A model generated the notes under the pieces. That model did no database searches, was not told where the DNA came from, and was given only the letters and a program-made list of their open reading frames with translations. DNA of 35,777 nucleotides, taken from IMG/VR virus record IMGVR_UViG_2778261389_000005, positions 1 to 35,777 of that record; one strand, 5' to 3'. Made by a program: the position numbers and the translations under genes. This document shows positions 1 through 8,881 of the stretch, piece after piece. The DNA comes from a virus (lineage: Duplodnaviria; Heunggongvirae; Uroviricota; Caudoviricetes). Numbering within the stretch: position 1 is the first letter of the stretch; every line of letters begins with the position of its first letter.

Positions 1-1194
1 ATGATCACCGACACAAAGCTCAGGAAGGCGCTCGGCAAGAAAAGAGATGATATCGAGATTATTTCTGATTCGCACGGGCTCAACGCCAGAATCAGCCAGG
101 CCGGAAAAATATCATTTTTCTATCGGTATCGCTGGGCCGGTAAAGCGGTAAAACTCAATGTTGGTGATTATCCTGCAATGAGTATCACCCAGGCAAGAGA
201 GCGTCGCCAACAATTCAGAAACTGGTTAACTGAGGGACTGGATCCGCGAGAGCAGGTGAAGCTGGATAAGCAGACCCGACAGGAAGCGATGTCCGTTGCC
301 GAAGCGTTCAATTACTGGATTGAAAGGCACTGTATCGCTAACGGGCTAGTTAAAGTCGATTACTATCGCCAGGTGTTTGAGAAACATATCGCCGAACCGA
401 TGAAGAATGTCAAAGTCGATAACACAGCGAAAATGCACTGGATCAACGTCTTCGATTCTATAGAAAGCAGGGTGATGGCTCATTACATGCTTTCGCTGTG
501 CAAACGGGCGTTTAGGTTCTGCGTTAACAGAAGTGTGATCGCCTCAAACCCACTCGAGGGATTACTGCCATCTGATGTCGGGCAAAAGCCTAAAAAGAGA
601 ACTCGCAGGATGGACGATGACGATCTGCGCAAAATCTATCAGTGGTTGAAAAGCCATATGTCGATAGAGTCCGTTTTCCTGGTGAAATTTATTATGCTTA
701 CCGGATGCCGTACGGCTGAGATTCGACTTAGTGAGAGATCATGGTTTCGATTGGATGATAATGAGTGGGTCGTGCCTGCGGGCAGTTATAAAACTCGGGT
801 ACATATTAGAAGGGGACTCTCAGACGCCGCCGTTAACCTGGTCAGAAATCACCTCAAGAAAATAAACACCAATCACCTGGTGACTTCACAACGTAAAATT
901 GATGGCGGGATCAAAGATTCGCCCGTTCATTCACCTGTGGCATCCAATTACGCCCGTTCTATTTGGAATGGAACAGGTATGGCAGAGTGGTCGCTTCATG
1001 ATATGAGGCGGACGATAGCCACAAATCTCTCTGAGTTAGGTTGCCCGCCGCACGTAATTGAAAAGCTGCTCGGGCATCAGATGGTGGGGGTTATGGCGCA
1101 TTACAACCTTCATGACTATATCGATGATCAGAAACACTGGCTCCGCGTTTGGCAGAGCCATCTTGAAGAGATCATCGGAGAGCCCTTCAGTTAA
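1..1194 (+). CDS. int: Tyrosine-type phage integrase (P4-like family)
   Basis: 397 aa; N-terminal region typical of P4-type integrases; C-terminal region with conserved R, H and Y residues (HDMRRT, LGH, MAHY) consistent with the tyrosine recombinase catalytic domain. Confidence 0.85.
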
Positions 1195-1433
1195 TTTATC
1201 TTCTTTTTATCCTCCCACTCTTTGATTGACTCAGAGCGCCAGCGGTTAGGGTTGCCGGGCCAGTCAGGGGGTGGGAACGGGCATACGAAGCCCCGAGGCA
1301 TTGTGTCTGCACTTTGCCATGACCAAAGGGTTTTGCGTGAAATTTTGTAGCGACTGGTCAGGTCTGACGTTACCAAAATATCATCCATAGCTCTCTCCAG
1401 TTGCCCGTTCGGGCCATTCAAAATCTTTTTCAA
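1191..1433 (-). CDS. xis: Excisionase-like DNA-binding protein (Xis/AlpA-like)
   Basis: 80 aa; W- and P-rich FPPP segment resembling lambda Xis; convergent with int, stop codons overlap. Confidence 0.6.
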
Positions 1434-1672
1434 CCAACCTGCCCGGGCAGGGAGCGGAGACGGCGCATGCCTGTCATCGCCGTGGCCACGTAGCTCGCCT
1501 TTCGGTTCACCACCTCCACCCAGACTTTCACGCCTTCAACCTTCACCGTATAAGTCTCTTTCATCTTGCTTCGCCCATAGTCGCCATATGTTTGCAAGTG
1601 AGCTGCCAGCGCGATGTCGCATGCTTGGCGAGCTAAAGGTGATTGCTTACTTCCTCGATTGATCAGTCGCAT
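1430..1672 (-). CDS. Hypothetical small protein
   Basis: 80-aa ORF overlapping xis start by 4 nt, same strand as the early-left operon. Confidence 0.4.
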   Translation of the reverse strand: MRLINRGSKQSPLARQACDIALAAHLQTYGDYGRSKMKETYTVKVEGVKVWVEVVNRKASYVATAMTGMRRLRSLPGQVG

Positions 1673-1710
1673 ATAATCTCCTTGAGGGAGGGTTACCCCT
1701 CCCGGTCTCG

Positions 1711-2832
1711 TCAGGCCACGTATTCCGGTTTCATATCCGCCAGGGTGATGCTGAACTTATCGTGCAGCTCATCGCCCAAGTGACGTTTGGCTGACGCCAG
1801 CACGCGCTCGACTTCCTCGAAGCGCTCGGCACCATCCGGTTCGCCGGGCTGCGGCAGGGAGTTGATTGCTGCCTCGACCCGGTTATACGCATCCACCAAG
1901 TGGTAACGCTTCACGGCCTTATTTTTCAGCTCGGTATACAGTGCAGAGCCCAAGGTGTTCTTGGCGCTTTCGATGTCGGCCCGAACTGCTTTGGCGTTAT
2001 CCACGTCCTGCGTCGCTTCAATACGATCCCGGAACTCATCGGCCATAGCGTCAATGTTTGCCGCCGATTCCTGCGCGCTGTGCGTTGTTGTTACGCTGTC
2101 ACTTTTGATATCAGACAGGCTTACGCGCTGGGCGGGGGCCGGGTTAATCTCCTTCTCGGTGCGCTGCTCCACTTCATCAGGTGTGTACACGCCCAGAACA
2201 ACTGCTGGGCAGTACAGGCGCGCCCAGTATTTGAGGGCCAGATACGCGATCTGCTGCTTCGGATTCGAAATCCACAGCGGAGAGTTACGCGTAATCACAC
2301 TGGAGAGGAACACCGGTTCGCCCCAGGTGATTTCGCTTTCGCCGCGAATGACGGCACCCACACGAACCGACAGGCCTTGCTCGTCGGCGCTGGTCCAGCC
2401 GCGTACCATTTCTTTCTTGTCGTACGTCCCGCCGCCTTTTGCTGGCTTCTTCACTATCTCTTCGCGGCTGCTGGCGCATTTCGACCAGTCACCCTCGTAC
2501 TCATAATGGAAGCGGCCCACAATGGCGTTAGAGCTGGAGATCACCGCGTTCACCAGTTGCGCTTCGTACCCCAGCACGCCGTTGACCAGGTGCGTTTTCT
2601 GCGCCACCGCGTACGGGTTCATGCCCCACTGCATAGCCTGCATGATGATGGCCATGCAGTCAGCTGGGTTGCCGCGAAGATGTTCAGGGACCGTTACGGC
2701 GGCCTGCGCCATCAAACCGGCAACTGCCTGCAGCTGGGTTAACGCCTGCACATTGAAGATGGCGTTGCTGGCAGAGATAGTGTTTGGAGCCTGCTGCTCC
2801 GCATTTACGATATTCATGTTTTCCATCGTCAT
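1711..2832 (-). CDS. RecT/Red-beta family single-strand annealing protein
   Basis: 373 aa; segment IIMQAMQWGMNPYAVAQKTHLVNG resembles the conserved core of lambda Bet and RecT; immediately downstream of the exonuclease gene. Confidence 0.75.
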   Translation of the reverse strand: MTMENMNIVNAEQQAPNTISASNAIFNVQALTQLQAVAGLMAQAAVTVPEHLRGNPADCMAIIMQAMQWGMNPYAVAQKTHLVNGVLGYEAQLVNAVISSSNAIVGRFHYEYEGDWSKCASSREEIVKKPAKGGGTYDKKEMVRGWTSADEQGLSVRVGAVIRGESEITWGEPVFLSSVITRNSPLWISNPKQQIAYLALKYWARLYCPAVVLGVYTPDEVEQRTEKEINPAPAQRVSLSDIKSDSVTTTHSAQESAANIDAMADEFRDRIEATQDVDNAKAVRADIESAKNTLGSALYTELKNKAVKRYHLVDAYNRVEAAINSLPQPGEPDGAERFEEVERVLASAKRHLGDELHDKFSITLADMKPEYVA

Positions 2833-2837
2833 TCCCC

Positions 2838-5501
2838 TTATGCCTGAGTACGCAGCGCTTCAAGGCGGCGCAGGTCGAAGTCGTTCAGTTCGTCGGTGTA
2901 GTCTTCGGTGATCGGCGCAGGCCAGCAGTTGGTGTCATAAGCCTTAGCCAGGGCGCGCATGGTTTTCTGATATTCCTCTCGGCCAAGCGCCAGCAGTTCC
3001 TCCGAAGCCTCAATGACCGCAACCCAGTGGTAACCCTCGTCTTTGTTAACGAAGATCCAGAAGAACTGATCAAAGTCAGCGACGCTGCAGTACATGCCCG
3101 CGCTGAGGTGGTAATCGCGGTCGATGATTTCCCGGTGCAGCTTGGCGCGCAGGCCTTCCTGCTTAACGCGGCCCATGCTGATCGTTTTCAGGTCAACGCC
3201 GATACGAACGCCGTTTATTTCAACCTCAAGGTCCGGGCGTACACGGACTTCAAGGCCAGTTTCGTCGTCCATACCGAAGTAACTGGTTTCGACTGAACGG
3301 GAAGGGTGGCGCAGTAGTTTTCCGGCCGATTCATGGTTAAGCAGGGCCTGCTGAATTGCCGTGGCCAGCGCCAACTGCTCACTGGACAGGATGGTTTTCC
3401 CGGCAACGCTATCTCGCCATTCCTGCTCGAACTCATCAGCGAAAATGGCATCCGGATTCACCGCGCGGATCGCCGCCTGCAGTTCCTCTTTCTTGCCTGT
3501 GAGCTTCAGTTGCTCGGCCTTTGGCTTATCCGCATTAAATTCGCGGATGAACGCCTTCATGGAGTCGGTAGTGGTAAATGCTCCCTCCGGAACGCCCGGG
3601 AACACCGCGAACTCTTCGTGAAGCTTTTCCGGTTCCAGTGCCATCGTGTGAGACAGGCTACCGAACGTCAGCGCCTCGCTGCTCTCGCGACGGATTGTCT
3701 TGGTCACGTGGCGACCGTGATAGAACATCAGGCTAACGCGCGCATCTTTCAACTGGGTGCTGCTGATCCCGTTCGCTGCGTGGTAAATGTTGTTCGGCAG
3801 GCCTTCATAGCGGCCCGGTTCGAAATAGGCAGGGTATTCCGGCGTGCTGGCGATTTCCTCCGGTGCTTCGGTGGTCATTTCCGGCTGTGAGTCGTTCGCC
3901 AGCTCCGGCGCCACGGCAGCCAGAACCTCAGCCGGGGTCAGGGAAGCTGTTTGCGGATCAGCTGCATCAGAGCTTTCGCCTGGTGGAACCGTGTTACCAG
4001 TTTCTCCTTCCGCCGGGTCAGTCTCTTCCATCTGCACATCGCTGGTGGTCTCCTCTGTAACCGGTGAACGGTCATCTGTTTGTGGTTGTTTTTCGCTCAT
4101 CAGGCCATCAATGGAGAACATGCCGCCGCCGAGGTTAGCGACCTGAGGCTGGCTATCAGTGGAGGTTGCTTCAATGTTTGCTGGGTGAAGCCTTTCATCA
4201 GCAGCGCGCTGGCGCATCAGATCCACAACAGAAAGCGCAGGTTCAGGTCGTTTTTGTTCACCGGCGTTCAACTCGCCATGAAACTCTTCCAACACTTCGT
4301 CAACCTTCTGCCATGCCGCATCTACCATTTCCTGGGTAACTACTTCCTGCTTATGCTCGCTATTGCCATAAATAGGCAGCAACTCAGTCGCAGCATTAAA
4401 TTCAGCCGTCATCGTCTGGTTTACGAACTCCAGATGAGCAACCGGCGTTAGGTGGATATTCTCAGGCGCGATGCGCACCAGGTTGAAGATGGCCGCGCGG
4501 TTAACAGCCAGAACGCCGGGCTGGTTGCGCAGGATTTTGCTCCATGATTTCCATGGTTCTTCTTTGTTCGCGACAATCTCCTTGGCGCGGCGGTGGATGC
4601 TGCCCGGGATTTCCAGATGGTTGAAGTCCATAGGCAGAAGGGCACATGCAATCTCTAAATCGAGAGTGTCAAGGGTATGGTATGCATCAGGTCCACGGTC
4701 AGTGACATAACCGCCGTTGGCATTGGTTCCGGAATCAGTACGCTGAACACTACTGATGTGATTACCGGCAGCCCATTCACGCGCCAGGATGCCACGGTCA
4801 ATGTAATCAGTCGCCGCCCACATTCTGGTGAAACGGAGTACCAGCGCGAGTTCGTGACGCTTGTCCTGGCTGAACACTTTGCGAATGGCATCGGTGTAGC
4901 GCCACAGGTCTTTGGTGTCGTAACCCTTCACTTCCGGGCAGTTCTCAGCAGCTAACAGCAAGTTCTGGACGTAACTGTTATCAGTGTCCATCTCCAGCGC
5001 GCCGATAGCTTCGTACTCTTCGCGGGTTACGTGGTGGCGCAGTTCGTCGGCGGTGAACTGGGAAAGCAGTTGCTTACGAAACGGCATCTGCACTACCGGG
5101 TAGAGGGTTGAGTCGTCGTCGTGTTCGTCCAGCGTGATGCCAGCGGTTTCTGGCAGCGTTGACTCAGTAGTTATGTGACTATCAACGGTCTGAGCCGTTT
5201 TCTCGTCAGAGTTTTCAGCTGTGACTTTTGGCAGCCAGGTGCGGTCATCGTTCTGCAGTTCGTAGCGTTCGCACCAGGTGTAATCCACTGCGCCTTCTTC
5301 CGGCAGGTCGTCATATACCGGGAAATCGGTGCGGATTGGTTTGGCATAATCTTTACCGCGGCCAGTTTCTTCAATTCCGGCTTCTTCCAGTGCCACATCG
5401 AGTTGGAGATTGGCGCGCGCTACACTTTTCGCAGTGAACCAAATCACTGCATCTTTCTTGCCAGACTTCTGACTGGCTTTTATCAGATGGAAAAATTCCA
5501 T
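2838..5501 (-). CDS. RecE-like exodeoxyribonuclease VIII
   Basis: 887 aa; long acidic low-complexity N-terminal region and a C-terminal domain with PD-(D/E)XK-like motifs (RPDLEV, GVDLKT); paired with the annealing protein. Confidence 0.65.
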   Translation of the reverse strand: MEFFHLIKASQKSGKKDAVIWFTAKSVARANLQLDVALEEAGIEETGRGKDYAKPIRTDFPVYDDLPEEGAVDYTWCERYELQNDDRTWLPKVTAENSDEKTAQTVDSHITTESTLPETAGITLDEHDDDSTLYPVVQMPFRKQLLSQFTADELRHHVTREEYEAIGALEMDTDNSYVQNLLLAAENCPEVKGYDTKDLWRYTDAIRKVFSQDKRHELALVLRFTRMWAATDYIDRGILAREWAAGNHISSVQRTDSGTNANGGYVTDRGPDAYHTLDTLDLEIACALLPMDFNHLEIPGSIHRRAKEIVANKEEPWKSWSKILRNQPGVLAVNRAAIFNLVRIAPENIHLTPVAHLEFVNQTMTAEFNAATELLPIYGNSEHKQEVVTQEMVDAAWQKVDEVLEEFHGELNAGEQKRPEPALSVVDLMRQRAADERLHPANIEATSTDSQPQVANLGGGMFSIDGLMSEKQPQTDDRSPVTEETTSDVQMEETDPAEGETGNTVPPGESSDAADPQTASLTPAEVLAAVAPELANDSQPEMTTEAPEEIASTPEYPAYFEPGRYEGLPNNIYHAANGISSTQLKDARVSLMFYHGRHVTKTIRRESSEALTFGSLSHTMALEPEKLHEEFAVFPGVPEGAFTTTDSMKAFIREFNADKPKAEQLKLTGKKEELQAAIRAVNPDAIFADEFEQEWRDSVAGKTILSSEQLALATAIQQALLNHESAGKLLRHPSRSVETSYFGMDDETGLEVRVRPDLEVEINGVRIGVDLKTISMGRVKQEGLRAKLHREIIDRDYHLSAGMYCSVADFDQFFWIFVNKDEGYHWVAVIEASEELLALGREEYQKTMRALAKAYDTNCWPAPITEDYTDELNDFDLRRLEALRTQA

Positions 5502-5641
5502 GTGAGATCCTCATTTTTGGGTGTTAGAATCCCCGGACCATTGATAGCGCCCATTGGGTTAACTTTGGTTTTAATGTTGTTTCCGGTGTAACTTTGGTCG
5601 GTGAGGCCGGACATGGCGGGCCCACTTCGGTGGGCTTTCGC

Positions 5642-5929
5642 TTAACTGACGGCTACGATCGCCTCATTCATAAAATCTTGCTTGTATGTACGGTAGGTTC
5701 CCCAGCCGGCGTAATCGCTATCGCTGATTTTTAGTGCCAGCAAGCTGATCTCCTCAATGGCGCAGTGCGGGCAATCAAACTTGCCAAGCACATAGCCACC
5801 GTCGAGAATGACTGTTGTTTCACCGTTTGTAGTTGAGTGAATAACGCCTGATACTTTCTTATCGCAGTTGAATGCAGCCACTTCTTTATTCACTGCTTTC
5901 AGGTTCATTTCGATTTTTACGATTTCCAT
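5642..5929 (-). CDS. Hypothetical early protein
   Basis: 95-aa ORF with GGAG ribosome-binding site 7 nt upstream of ATG. Confidence 0.5.
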   Translation of the reverse strand: MEIVKIEMNLKAVNKEVAAFNCDKKVSGVIHSTTNGETTVILDGGYVLGKFDCPHCAIEEISLLALKISDSDYAGWGTYRTYKQDFMNEAIVAVS

Positions 5930-6014
5930 AAAATCTCCAGTTGTTAAATTAAGGGTGTAAGAAGCCGCGCCAAATTAATGGCGAATTTTTCATTTCATAT
6001 TTCAGGACTGCTAT

Positions 6015-6173
6015 TTAACTTTCGTGCGCCATCTGGTCGTATTCAGCGCATTGCTTAGAGCAATATTCTTTTTCTTTCTGTGCCAGTTGCGAACCGTTGA
6101 GATAGAGCAAGGTGCTCTTTACTTCTGCGCCTTCTTCAACAGGCTTGTGGCAATAACCACATTCTTTTTTCAT
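6015..6173 (-). CDS. Small cysteine-rich protein (possible zinc ribbon), 52 aa
   Basis: Hand-translated as MKKECGYCHKPVEEGAEVKSTLLYLNGSQLAQKEKEYCSKQCAEYDQMAHES; AAGGA RBS 8 nt upstream; below the 60-aa ORF-track cutoff. Confidence 0.4.
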   Translation of the reverse strand: MKKECGYCHKPVEEGAEVKSTLLYLNGSQLAQKEKEYCSKQCAEYDQMAHES

Positions 6174-6206
6174 CACCTGTCCTTAAAGTGTTTTGGCAAC
6201 TCTCCG

Positions 6207-6413
6207 TTAATGGCTGAGGCCATTCCCCAGACCGTTCAGATAAACTTCAACCAGCAAATCCTTGGTGTAAGTCATTTCTACGCCGCGATGCAGATACAAA
6301 CGTCCGCGAGCGTTAGCTGATGCCGTCCAGGTTGAGTCTTTGTGTTTGACGAGCATCCCCGGCTGAACTGCGCCGCGGTTTACCGTCTGTGTACCGTAGT
6401 GCTGATGAACCAT
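6207..6413 (-). CDS. Hypothetical small protein
   Basis: 68-aa ORF; GGAG 4 nt upstream of ATG; same operon orientation. Confidence 0.4.
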   Translation of the reverse strand: MVHQHYGTQTVNRGAVQPGMLVKHKDSTWTASANARGRLYLHRGVEMTYTKDLLVEVYLNGLGNGLSH

Positions 6414-6803
6414 GATGTTCTCCAGTTTTCTGAGTGAACTTCGCTAGTGGCGCCGTGATGCTGATCTTCACAGTTGAGCGTTTTAACTCTGCAGTTCACC
6501 ACCGCGAAGCTCACTCTGTGCTTTGCCCTTGTCGCCAGGCTGGCGGAACGTTTCAAACCTACTGCGCGTTAATCTCACCACCTCATTCCGGTCTTCGTAT
6601 GCCCCGGACGGCTTCTTCGTGGGCGTCCTGCCTAGGTGGTTGTGTTGATGGAGTAAGTAAAACACCGCTTTACCATTAAGTCAAGTAATGCAGATTAAAA
6701 AGGTAAAGCATAGCTGTATGTTGGGCGAAATTTATCCAGATTAGAGATGATTGCATCAACTAAAAGTGTGTATGATGAAAAAAAACATCATTGAGGGTGG
6801 GAT

Positions 6804-6998
6804 ATGGAAAAGTTCTACGTGGGTTACAACGATGTATGTCAGGCGGTAGGTAGAGCGACGCTGAATCTGATATCACATGGAGACGCGCCCACTACTGAGG
6901 CGATCATTTCAATGCTGGAGTCGCTGGGGGATATTGAGCAGAACGATTTTTGGCGACAGGTGTTCAGGTTTGCTGCTGAGGAAGTGCGAAAAGGGTAG
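6804..6998 (+). CDS. Hypothetical small protein, opposite strand to surrounding early genes
   Basis: 64-aa ORF; GAGGGTGGG RBS before ATG; followed by hairpin at 7011-7028. Confidence 0.45.
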   Translation: MEKFYVGYNDVCQAVGRATLNLISHGDAPTTEAIISMLESLGDIEQNDFWRQVFRFAAEEVRKG

Positions 6999-7002
6999 GC
7001 AA

Positions 7003-7028
7003 AAGAAACCCCGGCGCGGTGGCCGGGT
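7003..7028. terminator. Bidirectional rho-independent terminator
   Basis: CCCGGC-GCGGTG-GCCGGG hairpin flanked by A-run upstream and T-rich tract downstream; lies between convergent ORFs. Confidence 0.5.
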
Positions 7029-7034
7029 TGGAGA

Positions 7035-7460
7035 TTATTTTCTAGATGATGTTGGGGACCAAGGTAACGTTATAGTATCTAACACTGTGTTTTTGAACAT
7101 ATTTTCAAAAACTGTTTTTGTACATACATATACATAATTTTCAAAAAACCAAGCATTTTCATTATAAAAATCCTCAGTTACTTCTTCATCGAGGTCACAC
7201 TCAAATGTTAGTGTCAAGGTAGCCTCTGCCTTGAACAATACATCCTCACCATCATCAAAATCTTTTTTATCGCGAGGGAAACCAGTTATCGATGGCTTAA
7301 CTTCAATAAAGAGCCAATTTCCATCTTCATCTTTTTGAGGAACAACGTGATGCTCAGAAAATTTTAAGCTATATTTTCCGCCTTCAGAATTATCACTGTC
7401 GTCGATAAAAAGGGAAGAACCCTCGAGATCAAATCCCTTAAAGCGAATTTTATCAAGCAT
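7035..7460 (-). CDS. Hypothetical acidic protein, third gene of hicAB operon
   Basis: 141 aa from ATG at 7458-7460, overlapping hicB stop by 1 nt (TGATG); ORF-track version starts at TTG 7496; followed by terminator; AT-rich. Confidence 0.45.
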   Translation of the reverse strand: MLDKIRFKGFDLEGSSLFIDDSDNSEGGKYSLKFSEHHVVPQKDEDGNWLFIEVKPSITGFPRDKKDFDDGEDVLFKAEATLTLTFECDLDEEVTEDFYNENAWFFENYVYVCTKTVFENMFKNTVLDTITLPWSPTSSRK

Positions 7461-7933
7461 CAATGTGGCACTCCGTTGTCTACTGAAACTTCCCAATAGG
7501 TCTCTTCTGTACGTCTACGGGATGAGAAGAAAGTAACTTCTCTAACATCCCTCGGTTTTTCAAAGTGGTAGTGAACCTCTTTTTTCCCATTAACTGACTC
7601 ACTGACAGCCTGTTTTACATAATCGTTTAAAGTCATATTCTTAGCTTTAGCAGCTAAATATGCTTTTTTATGCAGGGATTCACCTATCCGGATGTTAAAC
7701 GAACCACTCATTGTCTTATCTGGAGATTTTCCTATCTCTTCACAAGTGGAGAGGTAATCGTCCACGGCCTCCTCAAAGGCTGCACGGAGTTCTGCAACCG
7801 TTGCACCCTCATAAGTGACGAGATCATTTATACATTCGAGTTTTCCATGCATCACCCCATCTTCAAATGAAATGCTGGAGCTACCATAGTAACCTTTGTA
7901 TTTCATCAAGTTATTCATGATCATCAATCTCAT
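7460..7933 (-). CDS. hicB: HicB-family antitoxin
   Basis: Motif MKYKGYYGS...DG..HGKLECINDLVTYEG...EL..AFEEAVDDYL..CEE.G..P.K..SG.FN.R typical of HicB; likely true start at internal Met (7918 or 7906); about 40-aa C-terminal extension. Confidence 0.8.
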   Translation of the reverse strand: MRLMIMNNLMKYKGYYGSSSISFEDGVMHGKLECINDLVTYEGATVAELRAAFEEAVDDYLSTCEEIGKSPDKTMSGSFNIRIGESLHKKAYLAAKAKNMTLNDYVKQAVSESVNGKKEVHYHFEKPRDVREVTFFSSRRRTEETYWEVSVDNGVPH

Positions 7934-8165
7934 CTAACAGCTGTTTAACTTCTTCCAAGACGTACCTTTTGAGGGTGTTTTCAGGATGAGGCTCATGAAA
8001 AATGACCAATCTATCAACACGTTGGTTGTAAAATTTACGGCCAGAACCTCGTTTAGCATTCAAAAGCTTGAAGCCATACTGGTTCATGAGAGTAACGAAC
8101 TCATCCCAAGTAAAATTTTTGGGTAAGCCGTCTAACTTTGACTTTAGCTTTTCCTTTCTTCCCAC
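7911..8165 (-). CDS. hicA: HicA-family toxin (YcfA-like fold), non-canonical
   Basis: 84 aa, GTG start; aligns to HicA pattern (GF.L...RGS..KF....V..HEPHP) but with GSGR in place of the usual GSHH; overlaps hicB. Confidence 0.7.
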   Translation of the reverse strand: MGRKEKLKSKLDGLPKNFTWDEFVTLMNQYGFKLLNAKRGSGRKFYNQRVDRLVIFHEPHPENTLKRYVLEEVKQLLDEIDDHE

Positions 8166-8192
8166 GAAGGATACATCCTCTGTTAAAGGTAG

Positions 8193-8213
8193 TGCAACTG
8201 AAATCTAGTTGCA
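8193..8213. promoter_or_regulatory. Palindrome TGCAACT-N7-AGTTGCA upstream of hicA, candidate operator
   Basis: Perfect 7-bp inverted repeat 28 nt upstream of the hicA start. Confidence 0.35.
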
Positions 8214-8325
8214 AGCTATGCTATCTATAGACAAAATGTTTCATTGTTATATCAGAAGATACCCGATCTGTTTCACCTTCAACTACTATAATTTGTTATA
8301 AGCTATCAACCGGTGGAACTGCGAA

Positions 8326-8424
8326 TTAGCCGCTGGGTGTTGCGTATCCATCGATGATAAACCATGCCATAAACCCCATAGCTACGATGAACACCAAGAT
8401 CGGAAACACTATACCAATTCTCAT
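8326..8424 (-). CDS. Small hydrophobic peptide (32 aa), possible membrane peptide
   Basis: Hand-translated MRIGIVFPILVFIVAMGFMAWFIIDGYATPSG; AGGGA RBS-like sequence upstream; single predicted transmembrane helix. Confidence 0.3.
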   Translation of the reverse strand: MRIGIVFPILVFIVAMGFMAWFIIDGYATPSG

Positions 8425-8469
8425 GATTTTATCCCTGTCTACCCATGCTTCCTGGGCACCAGCGGCTCG

Positions 8470-8862
8470 TTACTCGGCATCGCCCTTAATCCGCCGCCCC
8501 ATATATTTGGCGTACAGATCGTCGAGTTCCTTCAGGCGCAGTGATACCGCCTTAAGAACTCCACCCTGATCCTCTTCGGGGAGTTGACGGAAAAGGCGTA
8601 AAAGCTCTTGCTCATTACTTTTTAATCCATCATTGGGCCCTATATCCTGCCCCAAAACCCAGGCTAAATTCACACCAAGCGCATCAGCTAGCTTAAGTGC
8701 GGAGTTTTTCCCAATAGTTCCCCTTACAAACCAGTTGTTAACCGACTGGGATGTTACGCCACAAATTCTGGCCAGATCTGCTTTTGAGAGATGTTTACTA
8801 TTCGTGATCTCATTGAGTCGTCTGACCTGTGGGTTATCTGATTCGTGTGTATTTTTTCTCAT
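8470..8862 (-). CDS. DicA-like HTH (XRE) repressor, paralog 2
   Basis: N-terminal HTH (LSKADLARICGVTSQSVNNW) and C-terminal LRLFRQLPEEDQ...LRLKELDDLYAKYM; about half identical to the upstream gene; alternative GTG start at 8877. Confidence 0.7.
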   Translation of the reverse strand: MRKNTHESDNPQVRRLNEITNSKHLSKADLARICGVTSQSVNNWFVRGTIGKNSALKLADALGVNLAWVLGQDIGPNDGLKSNEQELLRLFRQLPEEDQGGVLKAVSLRLKELDDLYAKYMGRRIKGDAE

Positions 8863-8881
8863 GTACAAGAGTATCACTTAG

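Noticed and set aside
1866-2742. Plus-strand ORFs (60-280 aa) overlapping the annealing-protein gene
   Set aside because: They lie antisense within a gene that has clear family similarity, have skewed Arg/Pro/Cys-rich composition and no RBS. Most likely spurious.
3215-5437. Multiple short ORFs on both strands inside the RecE-like gene
   Set aside because: Nested within a long ORF with recognisable nuclease motifs; low-complexity translations typical of off-frame reading.
5566-5598. Direct repeat TAACTTTGGT (two copies) upstream of the exonuclease gene
   Set aside because: Only two short copies; could be chance in an intergenic region. Insufficient to call a regulatory site.
5600-5640. GGCCCAC-TTCG-GTGGGC hairpin, possible terminator
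   Set aside because: No convincing U-tract on either strand relative to the flanking gene orientation. Could be an RNA structure but cannot be called a terminator.
6434-6679. Overlapping 60-81-aa ORFs on both strands
   Set aside because: No RBS, mutually exclusive frames and nondescript composition. The region may be regulatory or contain a small gene, but neither ORF can be supported.
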